Shown here: one piece after another, positions 26,582 to 36,546 of the stretch
Layout of the letters: every line of letters starts with the position of its first letter
Position numbering within the stretch: position 1 is the first letter of the stretch
Source of the DNA: Candidatus Cloacimonadales bacterium
Lineage (GTDB): Bacteria; Cloacimonadota; Cloacimonadia; Cloacimonadales; JAIOQZ01
Assembly: GCA_963665815.1 (NCBI GenBank)
Contig: OY762463.1
Coordinates: 96,001-160,000 of the forward strand
Length of the DNA: 64,000 nucleotides
Reading direction: 5' to 3'
The notes under the pieces: generated by a model
The model's input: only the letters and a program-made list of their open reading frames with translations
The model's database searches: none
Told to the model about the DNA's origin: nothing
Program-made: the position numbers and the translations under genes

Positions 26582-27892
26582 TTATTCCCTTATTCTCTTA
26601 TCCTTTGTGTCAAAGAAAATTGGTACATCAGCAGTATATATTTTGACATATCCTTTTCTGGACTTTTTTCTGAATATATTGAATTTATTGTATTTCTTGA
26701 AAATGTTGAATACTTTGGTGCCCCTATACTTTGTTGGCAATGGCAAGTAATAGTGGAGTCTCAAAAACTTCTGTCTGGATTCAATGAACTCAAAATTTTC
26801 CGAATAACAAGCTTCCCAATATTCCTCATCTTCTGATGTAAAATTTTTATCTCCAATCGAACCATACATAAATCCGGAGTGGAAGGAAAGATACATTTTG
26901 CCATAAATATCAATATCAACTAAAGACAGATTTGTTATTCTTTCGGTAATTATTTTTCGCTCAAATATTTTATTGCCTTCTAAATCAATTTTAGCTAAAT
27001 GTAAATTACCAGTATATGAGCTTTCATGAGCTGAAAACACATACAAAAGACTGTCAGGTCCCATAATGAACTGTGAATTAATATTACTTACTACAGGATA
27101 AGATTTTTCCCATTCTAGATTTCCATCTTGGTCAAATCTGCTAATTTTCTTAGTTTTACTCGTTTCCCTTCCATAAAGATATTCCTTGGAAGATTCTCTG
27201 TAAACAGTATATGAAGTATATATATTCCCATTATTATCAATTAGACATGTAAGGTTTATATCATTAGTATTTGAATCAAACTTTTGTTCCCATATCTGTT
27301 GAAAATCCGAAGTCATCTTCAATAATATTATTTCTGAATCTTCAAATGCTTTTACATAATAGTCACCTAAGAAATCATAATTGTAACCTAAAAAAACATA
27401 ATTACCATCATGATCAATTTTCATGTCGCGTATTTCTAAAATATTATCAGTCAAGTTCTTAACTAATTGGATATTAAGTTTATCATCCGTCTTCAGCAAA
27501 AGGCAATTTCCTGATACTTTATTGTTATGCATTTTTACTGTAAGTGTATCATTTAGTATGAGATCACGGGAATATTGTATACTAAAGTAATAACTATCCG
27601 GATCGGACTCATCCCTGAAACAGTTTATATCAGCAGGATAGCTTGAATGAATTGACATTTTCCTGTGCTTCCAACCTTTATCAAGACTGATCGTATACTT
27701 AAAATGAGGATCATTAGTTTGCTTCTTATCATAAAGCCTATCAATTTTACTGCATATTATTCCACTATCATCTGTAAGTAGTACATTAAATCCGTAGTTT
27801 GAGTTAACATTATGTATTTTCTTTTCCAAATCAGTATAGCGCCAGGAAAATAATAGTGATATGATTGAAACTGAGACGTAAATGAAATTCAT
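26582..27892 (-). CDS. Exported hypothetical protein, beta-propeller-like repeats
   Basis: N-terminal hydrophobic segment; repeated D..GN..W/F motifs (FDQDGNLEW, IDLEGNKIF). Confidence 0.55.
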   Translation of the reverse strand: MNFIYVSVSIISLLFSWRYTDLEKKIHNVNSNYGFNVLLTDDSGIICSKIDRLYDKKQTNDPHFKYTISLDKGWKHRKMSIHSSYPADINCFRDESDPDSYYFSIQYSRDLILNDTLTVKMHNNKVSGNCLLLKTDDKLNIQLVKNLTDNILEIRDMKIDHDGNYVFLGYNYDFLGDYYVKAFEDSEIILLKMTSDFQQIWEQKFDSNTNDINLTCLIDNNGNIYTSYTVYRESSKEYLYGRETSKTKKISRFDQDGNLEWEKSYPVVSNINSQFIMGPDSLLYVFSAHESSYTGNLHLAKIDLEGNKIFERKIITERITNLSLVDIDIYGKMYLSFHSGFMYGSIGDKNFTSEDEEYWEACYSENFEFIESRQKFLRLHYYLPLPTKYRGTKVFNIFKKYNKFNIFRKKSRKGYVKIYTADVPIFFDTKDKRIRE

Positions 27893-28017
27893 TAATTCAA
27901 CTCCCTTTTCTAAAGTTTGAGACATACTTCTTTAAACTAATTTGAACTATATTCGTCAATATTTCTGTGTTATTTCTTGAGAGCAAAGAAAAGCCTGCAT
28001 GTGGCAGGCTGAAAAAT

Positions 28018-29463
28018 CTATTTTTTCGTTATTTTGAACTTTTCCAAATCTTCCTCGTAAAGGATATAGTCTGTCCCTTCTTTAATGCAATACAAAACAC
28101 AGTTGTTAGTAAAATCAAGCTTTAGATAGTCTATATTATCGTCTGTAACCTCAAAAGGAACCTCGTATATCTCCTGTAAAACTCCCAGTGTATCTAATAC
28201 TGCTCCATATCGATAACCTTTTTTAAGTTTATATCCTTTATAAAAAATATTCTCTCGAATAAACAGATTTATACAGAGTTTATCTTTTTCATTTTCATCA
28301 AAAAAAGAATATTGAACATCTGGCAATTCTTTTTCCCATTTTATATCACCGGTATGACTATCAAGGCAAATGATTCTACTTTCAAAAAAATTTGATGGTA
28401 ATCTTTTCAGATCATCCTTATCCAAAACACCTTGATAATGAGTAGAATCAGCTTTGTATAAAACGATTACATCACCCGAATTGAGTAGATTTATACTAAA
28501 AATTCTTTCAGGAAATGCATCCTGTACTTTCTTCATCCAAGCTATATTCCCTAAATTATCATATTTTGCAACAAAATCACAACCCTTCATAGGATAAATT
28601 TCCCTTCCTTTGTCAACATTGAGATATTCTTTCTCATAGATTATTGAGCTATTTGAAGTACCGCCCACGGATATTTCCCCACTGTCATTGAGTACTGATC
28701 TTCTTATGATAATTCCCTTTACTCCAGCATATGTCTTTTTGATTATAGACTCACCTTTTTCATTAAATTTCTCAAATGCTATTTGTTTATTTTCGTTAAT
28801 ATTCAACTTATTCTTTATATTCATATCATTTTTACAAATGATTGATAACCAGTCTTTTTTCTCAACAGTAGTCAAATAAATCTCATTTCCAGTTAAGAAA
28901 TTAATATCTACTAAGCTTCCTTCATTTTCAAGTTTTCTTACCCACTTTAACTCACACTTATTATTAATCAACATTATGCCAGGAAGATAATTAACTAATG
29001 TATTGGGTTCTGGTATAATGTTCCGAAATTGTATACTTTTTACATCACCAGCCCAAATAGCTGTATTTCCATTCTTATCATCAATAAACACATAGGGATA
29101 ATAATCATCTGAATCAATTTGAAAATTCCATTTAATTCTACTTTTTGAGTCAATGCAAAGTCCAAGTAAGCCATATTTTGTATGAAACTCAAAATCCTGT
29201 TTATTTATCATTAGATTAATTTCTTCTTTCTCAAGTTTTGTCCCTCCTTGATTTTCTGATAAATCAATAGTCATATCTCTCTTTGTAATACTCTCATTGG
29301 TAATTACGGCAGATATCTGATAATCTCCAGTATCTGTCTTTGAGATATTGTTCAAGAATTGTTCATAAATCATCTCGTCAATTTCTATTTTAAGGATTTC
29401 ACTTTTTGAATATAGGAAACTGAAAATGGATATCATTGCAATAGTAGCTATATAAATTTTCAT
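28018..29463 (-). CDS. Exported hypothetical protein, beta-propeller-like repeats
   Basis: Signal peptide; FVAKYDNLGNIAW, CLDSHTGDIKW. Confidence 0.55.
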   Translation of the reverse strand: MKIYIATIAMISIFSFLYSKSEILKIEIDEMIYEQFLNNISKTDTGDYQISAVITNESITKRDMTIDLSENQGGTKLEKEEINLMINKQDFEFHTKYGLLGLCIDSKSRIKWNFQIDSDDYYPYVFIDDKNGNTAIWAGDVKSIQFRNIIPEPNTLVNYLPGIMLINNKCELKWVRKLENEGSLVDINFLTGNEIYLTTVEKKDWLSIICKNDMNIKNKLNINENKQIAFEKFNEKGESIIKKTYAGVKGIIIRRSVLNDSGEISVGGTSNSSIIYEKEYLNVDKGREIYPMKGCDFVAKYDNLGNIAWMKKVQDAFPERIFSINLLNSGDVIVLYKADSTHYQGVLDKDDLKRLPSNFFESRIICLDSHTGDIKWEKELPDVQYSFFDENEKDKLCINLFIRENIFYKGYKLKKGYRYGAVLDTLGVLQEIYEVPFEVTDDNIDYLKLDFTNNCVLYCIKEGTDYILYEEDLEKFKITKK

Positions 29464-29644
29464 TATTTCTCCTTAATTATTGTATTCTATATCATAACAG
29501 TCAGGTGTATTTGGGATATATCTAATTTTGTAGGTCTCAGGATTTCTATATGGTCGTATTAATTCATAAAGTCCATTAAAAAATAATTCCCCTCTCTGCA
29601 CAATAATCAGTCAAGGAAAATATCCGAGGGGTTCAGCAAGTAAA

Positions 29645-29670
29645 AAAGGCTGCAGTGTACACTACAGCCT
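29645..29670 (-). terminator. Terminator after the FadL-like gene
   Basis: AGGCTGCAGTGT/ACACTACAGCCT stem with an A-run on +. Confidence 0.7.
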
Positions 29671-29691
29671 GTATATAAAATTATTTTTTGT

Positions 29692-31200
29692 TTAGAAGTG
29701 GTATGTCAATCCGAAGTGCAGAGCTGTCTCAGCAAGACTGCTTGTTGAATCGTCATATTCATTGGCAATAACGCTGGTATCAACGTTGTCTTCCTTCTCC
29801 ATATTTATTTCGAATGCTACATCTGCTTCGAATCTATCGCTAATTTTATAACCTGTACCAAGAGTTACATGGTGTTCTACGATTGCAGGGAAGATAGGTA
29901 TCAGGGTTTCTGCCGGAACAGGATTACTCGCATAGTTGTAGCCGGCTCTTAAGGCAACTTTATCGTTCAGGTGGTACTCTGTACCAAGTGCAATTACAAC
30001 CTGGTTTTCCCATTCTAACGGCATTTCCAGATTAACATCTTTAGAGCCCATCATTGTGTTAATATTTGCATTGTTTCCATCTGTAAATTTCATTGAGAAC
30101 TTGTCCATCGCGTCTTCCCAGCTTATGTATTTAACATCCATTCCAAGAAGCAGTTTATCAGTAGCCATGAATGCAACTCCAAAGCCTATTTCCTGAGGCC
30201 AGGACATCTCAACTTCTACATCATAATCGGATATCATACCAAGCTGCATATTAATACCCATGCCGGCAAGCTGGGTATTTACTCCCAGTCGAGCTGTATC
30301 AAGATCAGCACCTTGTTGCATAGCTCCACCGACCATTCTTTCAAATGCCTGCCCAAACTGAGAGTCCATATCCATACTGGCTTCTCCTTCAAAAGTCAGG
30401 GTTGAAGGCATTGTATAGGAGAATCCGAATGAGACCTTATCGCTCATTTTGTAGGAAAGTCCCATTGTTCCGCCAAATCCGATCGCTGTTACAGCATCTC
30501 CCATATCTGCATAAGCAGTAACTTCTTCATAACCCAGTCCACCGTCAGTTGGGGCGGCTGCAAACATTTGACCGAATGTCATACCTGTTCCCGGAGCAGC
30601 AACACCTTCCATTTTCATAGGATCAATAGAATAAGGCATTTTCATTTCCAGCATAGCATAGCCAAAACTTGGTGCTAAACCTATTGCAAATTGTTCATTG
30701 AAATTATAGGAAATACTTGGGATAAACTTAATGTATCCGATTTTTGAATGATATTCCAGATCAGTCATAAGAGCATCGCTCTGTGTGGTTGGGTCAGCAT
30801 CATATTGTCTGAATACATCGTGTTTCATATCTTTGTAGGTTGCTCCCATTCCACCTTGTGAGTACATGCCAAAACCGAATGTGAACTTATCACTCAGCTT
30901 TTGCCCATAAGCAACATTTGGCAGCATGAAAACAGCACTTTCAGCTTCCTTGTCATTCATGTCATTCTTAAATGTTACTGCAGGGAAGAGAAGTCCTGTT
31001 CCAAGCTTAAGCTGTTTTCCCTCAATTCTGCTGATTCCTGCCGGGTTAGTATTTATAGAGTTCACATCACCTGTAAGACCAAGGCTTATACCGCCCATTG
31101 CGGAAGAGCGTGGTCCGTATCCAATCATATTCATACCATTTGTAGAGTATAAAGAAATTGTGAGTATGATTAACATACTGAGTATTGTAAGTTTTTTCAT
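29692..31200 (-). CDS. OmpP1/FadL/TodX outer-membrane transporter
   Basis: TNGMNMIGYG..S.AMGG, NPAG, LRAGYNY, C-terminal YHF. Confidence 0.9.
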   Translation of the reverse strand: MKKLTILSMLIILTISLYSTNGMNMIGYGPRSSAMGGISLGLTGDVNSINTNPAGISRIEGKQLKLGTGLLFPAVTFKNDMNDKEAESAVFMLPNVAYGQKLSDKFTFGFGMYSQGGMGATYKDMKHDVFRQYDADPTTQSDALMTDLEYHSKIGYIKFIPSISYNFNEQFAIGLAPSFGYAMLEMKMPYSIDPMKMEGVAAPGTGMTFGQMFAAAPTDGGLGYEEVTAYADMGDAVTAIGFGGTMGLSYKMSDKVSFGFSYTMPSTLTFEGEASMDMDSQFGQAFERMVGGAMQQGADLDTARLGVNTQLAGMGINMQLGMISDYDVEVEMSWPQEIGFGVAFMATDKLLLGMDVKYISWEDAMDKFSMKFTDGNNANINTMMGSKDVNLEMPLEWENQVVIALGTEYHLNDKVALRAGYNYASNPVPAETLIPIFPAIVEHHVTLGTGYKISDRFEADVAFEINMEKEDNVDTSVIANEYDDSTSSLAETALHFGLTYHF

Positions 31201-31414
31201 ATTTACCTTTCCTATGTTTTATTTTACATAAAGTATAGTAAAATAATGAGAAAAAGCAAGTAAGTAATTAGTTGCTATGTAAGAAACAGTATGAAGATAA
31301 CTTTACAATGAAAATCTGTTCAAGAAATGGAGATATGAACATTTGGATAGTAATAAGATATCTTTGATGTATATTTCTAATGAGGAAATTAATCTGATTG
31401 AAAGATTTGTATTA

Positions 31415-32155
31415 TTAAACAAGTATCTTCTCACATATTTCTTGAAGTATTTCTTTCTTATCAACATAGTTCATCTTCTGGTCAATACAGACGAGATTTA
31501 ACAGAAGTGTATGAAGATCAGGACTTACTTCTGCAATGTCAGTTTGAAAGCGCTTAAGCGGGGGCATAAACAGTTTTCTGTGAGATGCATAGAAAGCCTT
31601 GGCAATATGCTCAAGTATATCCTGAAGTGAAAATGCAAAATGATAGCTATTCTTGAATCCCCAGTCTTCTATGAATTCACTCCTGAGATAATTCAGGGAA
31701 TCCTTGACAGTCTCCTGTGCTAACTCAGGAGGGTAAGAACCAACATTTTCTTTGAGATTGAAGAAAATTCTCTCAGGATCGTGAACAGGATCTGTTTCCA
31801 CAAGCTTATGCTGAATAAATGATTGCCATTTCAATAGCGTTTCTTTGGAGCTGAACAGATTACTTGCAGTCTTCTTATACCAATCTTCATTATAGATACA
31901 GAAGCAAACTTCCTTGTCTTCGTACTTGAAATGAGGTACTTCATGGAAGTATTTTTCAAACTCAAACATTGCTTTCAATTTCGATTCAACTTGCTGAATT
32001 GCATTATCAGAATCAACAATAATTACGAAATCAATATCGGAAGTATCGGTCTGTCTGTTGACAGCATAACTTCCATTTAGGGCAATAGCTTTTATGCAGC
32101 TATTTTCAATTGATAAATCTAATAATATTTTTTTTAATGTTTTTACAATATTCAT
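31415..32155 (-). CDS. Pol-beta-type nucleotidyltransferase with a helical C-terminal domain
   Basis: LNGSYA...SDIDF. Confidence 0.75.
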   Translation of the reverse strand: MNIVKTLKKILLDLSIENSCIKAIALNGSYAVNRQTDTSDIDFVIIVDSDNAIQQVESKLKAMFEFEKYFHEVPHFKYEDKEVCFCIYNEDWYKKTASNLFSSKETLLKWQSFIQHKLVETDPVHDPERIFFNLKENVGSYPPELAQETVKDSLNYLRSEFIEDWGFKNSYHFAFSLQDILEHIAKAFYASHRKLFMPPLKRFQTDIAEVSPDLHTLLLNLVCIDQKMNYVDKKEILQEICEKILV

Positions 32156-32284
32156 GAGACTATCTCATTTTATAATTGTGATTCTGTCAACAATCATATC
32201 TTTTCATGTATACTGCATAATAACACATTCCCGGAAGAATATTTCTTGCTAAATAATATTGCTTCAGATTTGATGCTTTTCACT

Positions 32285-33376
32285 ATGATTAAAGTATTAT
32301 TCGATGTAAAACAGCTTTATTACTGGGCTATGATGAAGCCAATTTATGACAGACTCTCTCAAGATGATAAATATCAACTCGCAGTTAGAGTGGGGGAGAA
32401 CCACACAAGATTTCTCGGTATTTTCCTTGTCTCAGATAAGAAGAAGATTGAAGAACAGCTCAGGAAAGATGGATATATCATTTCCAATAACACTGATGGC
32501 TATTATTTTGTATTTTGCGGAGATACCCTGAAGAATCCTGAAGAATATGGAAAGGCGATTCTCTGTCATGTGGATCATTCCATAAGCATTAAAAGTCAAA
32601 GGTATAGAAGTCTTGCCAGACAGAGCAATGTACGCTATCTGCGTTTTGTTGAAGGACAGTACCGAGTAGATATGTTTAAGAAAATGGGACTGAGTGATAA
32701 CATCGAACTGCATGTTGTAGGCACTCCCAAGCTGGATGCCTATTTCATGGGTAATTACTCCAGTAAAGATTTTCTACTCAATCTTGGTCTTGATCCGGCC
32801 AAAAAAACAATATTATACGGTCCTTCATATAAACCGACATCGATTTTCGATCTTGGTAAGCAGATTACTTCAAAAAGCCTCACAGATAAATATAATGTCA
32901 TCATTAAGCTGCACCCATACAGCTGGGCAGGAAAATATGCATCCCATAAGCAACACAAGTATATTCAGAAATGCGTTAAAGCGAATCCAAATGTTGTTCT
33001 TGTTCCCAAATCTGATCACAATATCGTACCTTATCTGTTTGCGGCAGATACACTAATCAGTGATGCATCCGGTGTTATCAATGAGTTTCTTGTACTGGAA
33101 AAATGCGGTGTCATTTTTGATAAAGGATTCAGCGATATTTCTCATTCCGATGGCGAACCGGTACTTGTAGAGAATCTTCAAGATTGGCTTGCAGATATTT
33201 TTGTATACATCAATAAACCTGAGCAACTCGAATCAGCAATAGAGACGGCAATTAATCCCGACAGTGCAAGAAAGAAAAAGCTGCTGGATAAAAAGAACTA
33301 TCTCTGCAATCTGACTGATGGAAAGGCAACAGATAGAATCAAAGTTATATTAGAAGAAAAGGTTAAGAATAGATGA
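32285..33376 (+). CDS. CDP-glycerol glycerophosphotransferase (TagF-like) family protein
   Basis: VGTPKLD, ILYGPSY, IKLHP, LISDASGV..EF. Confidence 0.85.
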   Translation: MIKVLFDVKQLYYWAMMKPIYDRLSQDDKYQLAVRVGENHTRFLGIFLVSDKKKIEEQLRKDGYIISNNTDGYYFVFCGDTLKNPEEYGKAILCHVDHSISIKSQRYRSLARQSNVRYLRFVEGQYRVDMFKKMGLSDNIELHVVGTPKLDAYFMGNYSSKDFLLNLGLDPAKKTILYGPSYKPTSIFDLGKQITSKSLTDKYNVIIKLHPYSWAGKYASHKQHKYIQKCVKANPNVVLVPKSDHNIVPYLFAADTLISDASGVINEFLVLEKCGVIFDKGFSDISHSDGEPVLVENLQDWLADIFVYINKPEQLESAIETAINPDSARKKKLLDKKNYLCNLTDGKATDRIKVILEEKVKNR

Positions 33377-33876
33377 TAAAACTCATACCTTACTCAACCC
33401 TGAAACTCAGAACTCGATATTCCGAGAATGATGTCCTCTATAAACTTGGGCAGATTCTTGAGCCAAAGAACTATTTCAGATATTTCTGGACGTTGAAGTT
33501 TATGGAAATTGAGATGAAATACGAAGGCTCGATGCAGAACAATAGATTCAAAATGAACAGGATTACTCCCAATAACAAGTCTTTTGTTACTGTTTTTGAA
33601 GGTATGGTGAACCAGAGAAAATCTCAGACTGATGTCTCTATAACAGTAAGACCCAGTATCGCAACGCTTGTACATTTAATAATCGGGACGTTACTCTTTT
33701 CGCTGTTTTCTATAGGATATCTAATGGGGATGATAAATGTACCCGTTGAACCTGAGTTTCTGGTGTGGGTAATTCCCTTTATGTTGTATTCAATTTACAT
33801 GATGTATTATAATTATGAATTCTATAAATCAAGGAACTTTCTTTCTCAGTACTTGAATGCTGTAGTACATGAGTAA
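33373..33876 (+). CDS. Hypothetical membrane protein
   Basis: Two C-terminal hydrophobic segments; ATGA-type overlap with the upstream gene. Confidence 0.65.
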   Translation: MIKLIPYSTLKLRTRYSENDVLYKLGQILEPKNYFRYFWTLKFMEIEMKYEGSMQNNRFKMNRITPNNKSFVTVFEGMVNQRKSQTDVSITVRPSIATLVHLIIGTLLFSLFSIGYLMGMINVPVEPEFLVWVIPFMLYSIYMMYYNYEFYKSRNFLSQYLNAVVHE

Positions 33877-33914
33877 AAAAAGGCTGCCAGAGACAGCCCA
33901 TAAATTCTGATTGT

Positions 33915-34172
33915 TTATTCCGATAAATCAACTACCATTATGTCATCATTATCATCTTCAATAATGAAATATCCGTCACCGGCCAAATCTTCAAGAATTA
34001 CTGCGGTAGTCCAGTCAACATCTGTTCTGCTAACAACTTTGTAATCAACTCCATCATGAAGTACGTTGCGGATTTCAGTTTCATACTTAGGACACTCATT
34101 AATCAGTTCATTCATAGTTATTGCTGAAAGAAATACAGGTAACAGTAATAATAGTAAAAATATTTTTTTCAT
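33915..34172 (-). CDS. Small secreted hypothetical protein
   Basis: Signal peptide, AAGGAG RBS. Confidence 0.7.
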   Translation of the reverse strand: MKKIFLLLLLLPVFLSAITMNELINECPKYETEIRNVLHDGVDYKVVSRTDVDWTTAVILEDLAGDGYFIIEDDNDDIMVVDLSE

Positions 34173-34189
34173 ACTTTCTCCTTGTTAAT

Positions 34190-34663
34190 TTATATAAGAG
34201 TTCTTAACTCTTTGAGAATTCTCTCGGCATGCCCTTTCGCTCTCACATTATGCCAATGTTTAATGACGTTTCCATCAGGATCAATCAGTATTGTGGATCG
34301 TATTACACCTTCATACTCTTTACCGTAGTTTTTCTTTAAGCCCCAGGCTTTGTAAGCCTTCATTACAACAATATCCGGATCGGAGAGCAAATCTATTCCC
34401 AACTCCTGCTTTGCAATAAAGTTCTTGTGGGATTTTATGCTGTCTTTACTCACTCCGGCAAGTTTTACATCCAGTTTTTCAAACTCATCTTTCAGACATG
34501 TAAAGTCTTTGGATTCCAGAGTACACCCCGGAGTGTTATCTTTTGGGTAAAAATAGAGCAGCAGATAGCTGCCTTCGTAGTCTTTCAGAGAAACGTCTAT
34601 ATTGTCCTGATTCTTTAATGTGAAATCAGGGGCTTTTTCGCCTTTTTGGAATAATTCAGCCAT
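34190..34663 (-). CDS. bcp: Peroxiredoxin Bcp
   Basis: YFYPKDNTPGCTLE, RST. Confidence 0.92.
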   Translation of the reverse strand: MAELFQKGEKAPDFTLKNQDNIDVSLKDYEGSYLLLYFYPKDNTPGCTLESKDFTCLKDEFEKLDVKLAGVSKDSIKSHKNFIAKQELGIDLLSDPDIVVMKAYKAWGLKKNYGKEYEGVIRSTILIDPDGNVIKHWHNVRAKGHAERILKELRTLI

Positions 34664-34824
34664 AATAAACTCCTTTTTGAATCTACTGAGGTATTATAGG
34701 TTTGAAGTCAAGAATTTAATATTACATATCTGCAATAAGCAGTATCTGTTGAAAAATCATTGACAAATATTCAGCAACAGAAAGATTAAAAAATATCATA
34801 GGTAAGTTATGGAGGAACATTGCA

Positions 34825-35061
34825 ATGATGAGTACAAAAGATAAAGATCCGTTTACAGTAATAAATTTTACACGCTCAAGTGCGTTTGCCGCAATTGCCG
34901 GATTACTACTTTCTCTATGTGGCTTCGTCTGGATTATTGAATTCTGTGATCCGCATACCAGTATATTTAAATGCCCGGGCTTAGCATTTATAGCTGCAGG
35001 CTTTTTGATTATATGGTTAGTTGACAAATCAGTCAGGAAAGACGTTAACAAGAAGAATTAG
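34825..35061 (+). CDS. Small two-TM membrane protein
   Basis: GGAGG RBS; two hydrophobic helices. Confidence 0.6.
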   Translation: MMSTKDKDPFTVINFTRSSAFAAIAGLLLSLCGFVWIIEFCDPHTSIFKCPGLAFIAAGFLIIWLVDKSVRKDVNKKN

Positions 35062-35070
35062 TGATATATA

Positions 35071-35577
35071 CTATTGTAATCTACTTCTCATTTTCTTTAT
35101 AGCATCGGCAGAACCTTCGATATTAAATTCGAAATGTACAATACCTTCGCAGTCCCAATTCAATTCAATTAATACTTTTTTACTGGACTCGATGTTTTTT
35201 ATTGCACTGACAGGATCTTTGAAGAATAAAAAATTCGATCCCTCTGGTTGAAAAAGAAGTACGTTTTCAGTTTTCTTATCCCAGGTGATTTTAGCAGTGA
35301 ACAACTTGAAATTATCCACAACTTCCGGATTCTGCAATACTGGCTCTTCCGTAAAAGCAAAACAAATGTATTCTTCGCTACCTGTGTTGCTGACCTGAAT
35401 CAGAGACTTTATTCCAACATAAGGGAATTCCATAGGTTTTACAGGATTAACAATATCAGATTGAATATAAGATGTGCTGCTACCTGTTTCTTCATCCTTT
35501 TCGAATCTCACCTGCCATTCTGCAATCAGCGATGAAAGAAACAGATGTAATAAAATAATATAGAATAGTTTTTTCAT
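35071..35577 (-). CDS. Secreted hypothetical protein
   Basis: Signal peptide; 168 aa. Confidence 0.7.
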   Translation of the reverse strand: MKKLFYIILLHLFLSSLIAEWQVRFEKDEETGSSTSYIQSDIVNPVKPMEFPYVGIKSLIQVSNTGSEEYICFAFTEEPVLQNPEVVDNFKLFTAKITWDKKTENVLLFQPEGSNFLFFKDPVSAIKNIESSKKVLIELNWDCEGIVHFEFNIEGSADAIKKMRSRLQ

Positions 35578-35607
35578 TAGTACTACCTTTAAGTGCTTAT
35601 ATGAGTG

Positions 35608-35991
35608 TCAGGAGTTTTCTATCAGCCATTCAACAGCATCTCCACGATTCTTAAACATCTTTATCTTCCAACCTTGATTGAAGCAAGTATTATAGTAGTC
35701 GTTTACAATCTGTTTAACACTGGGGATATCTGAGTCGATCAGAGCAATGATTTTCTTTCTGCTGATATTTTTTTTCTTATAATAGTTCTGAGGAATAAAA
35801 TGCACATCAGTGATACTTGCAATAGAGTCAGTTACTTCAAGTGTATTGATAAGTGACTTCAAAGCATTGTTTTTAACTTGAGTTTCAACACTTTCTGCAA
35901 CAGCTTTTCGAATATCCTCTCCCGTAACCTGACCGTAATAAAAGACTTCAACGATACTATTTTCTTCAATATAAATAATCTTATATGGCAT
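35608..35991 (-). CDS. STAS/SpoIIAA-like small protein (paralog 1)
   Basis: MPYKI...YYGQVT...F.N.GW.IK.F.NRGDAVEWL. Confidence 0.7.
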   Translation of the reverse strand: MPYKIIYIEENSIVEVFYYGQVTGEDIRKAVAESVETQVKNNALKSLINTLEVTDSIASITDVHFIPQNYYKKKNISRKKIIALIDSDIPSVKQIVNDYYNTCFNQGWKIKMFKNRGDAVEWLIENS

Positions 35992-36109
35992 TATTTTCCT
36001 CTGAAACTGTTTTGCACTGTTTATGAAAGGGGAAAAGCAAGTTGTCAATTAAAAATTGAATGATACTCATAAAAAAGATCAATATATGCAGATGATGTGT
36101 GATTATATG

Positions 36110-36499
36110 TTACTTACTTTCAAATTGTAATAACCATTCCAGAGCATCTTGACGAGTTTTAAATTTTTTAATTCGCCACCCTCTGTTATAGCAGGAATTA
36201 AAGTAATCATTTATTAGCAACTTTATAGTTGGAATATTAGATTCCAATATGGCAATAACTTTTTTTCTTGTATCTGCACTTTGCTTGTAAAACTTTTCAG
36301 GTATAAGGTGAACATCAATAATGTTTGCTGTTGTTTCAGTCATTTCTAATGTATTTACAAGTGTTAACTTAGTGTTTTTTTTATTCTGGGTTTCAAGACT
36401 TTTTCTTGTCGCGTTGTATATATCATCACTGGTAACATGACCAAAATATAACAGTTCAACAATATTCAAATCTTCCAGATAGCTTATTCTAAATGGCAT
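36110..36499 (-). CDS. STAS/SpoIIAA-like small protein (paralog 2)
   Basis: MPFRI...YFGHVT...NRGWRIKKFKTRQDALEWL. Confidence 0.7.
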   Translation of the reverse strand: MPFRISYLEDLNIVELLYFGHVTSDDIYNATRKSLETQNKKNTKLTLVNTLEMTETTANIIDVHLIPEKFYKQSADTRKKVIAILESNIPTIKLLINDYFNSCYNRGWRIKKFKTRQDALEWLLQFESK

Positions 36500-36546
36500 A
36501 TTATCTCTCTAATTTTGTTTCCTTAATAGTATAAAAGCAAGTTAAC

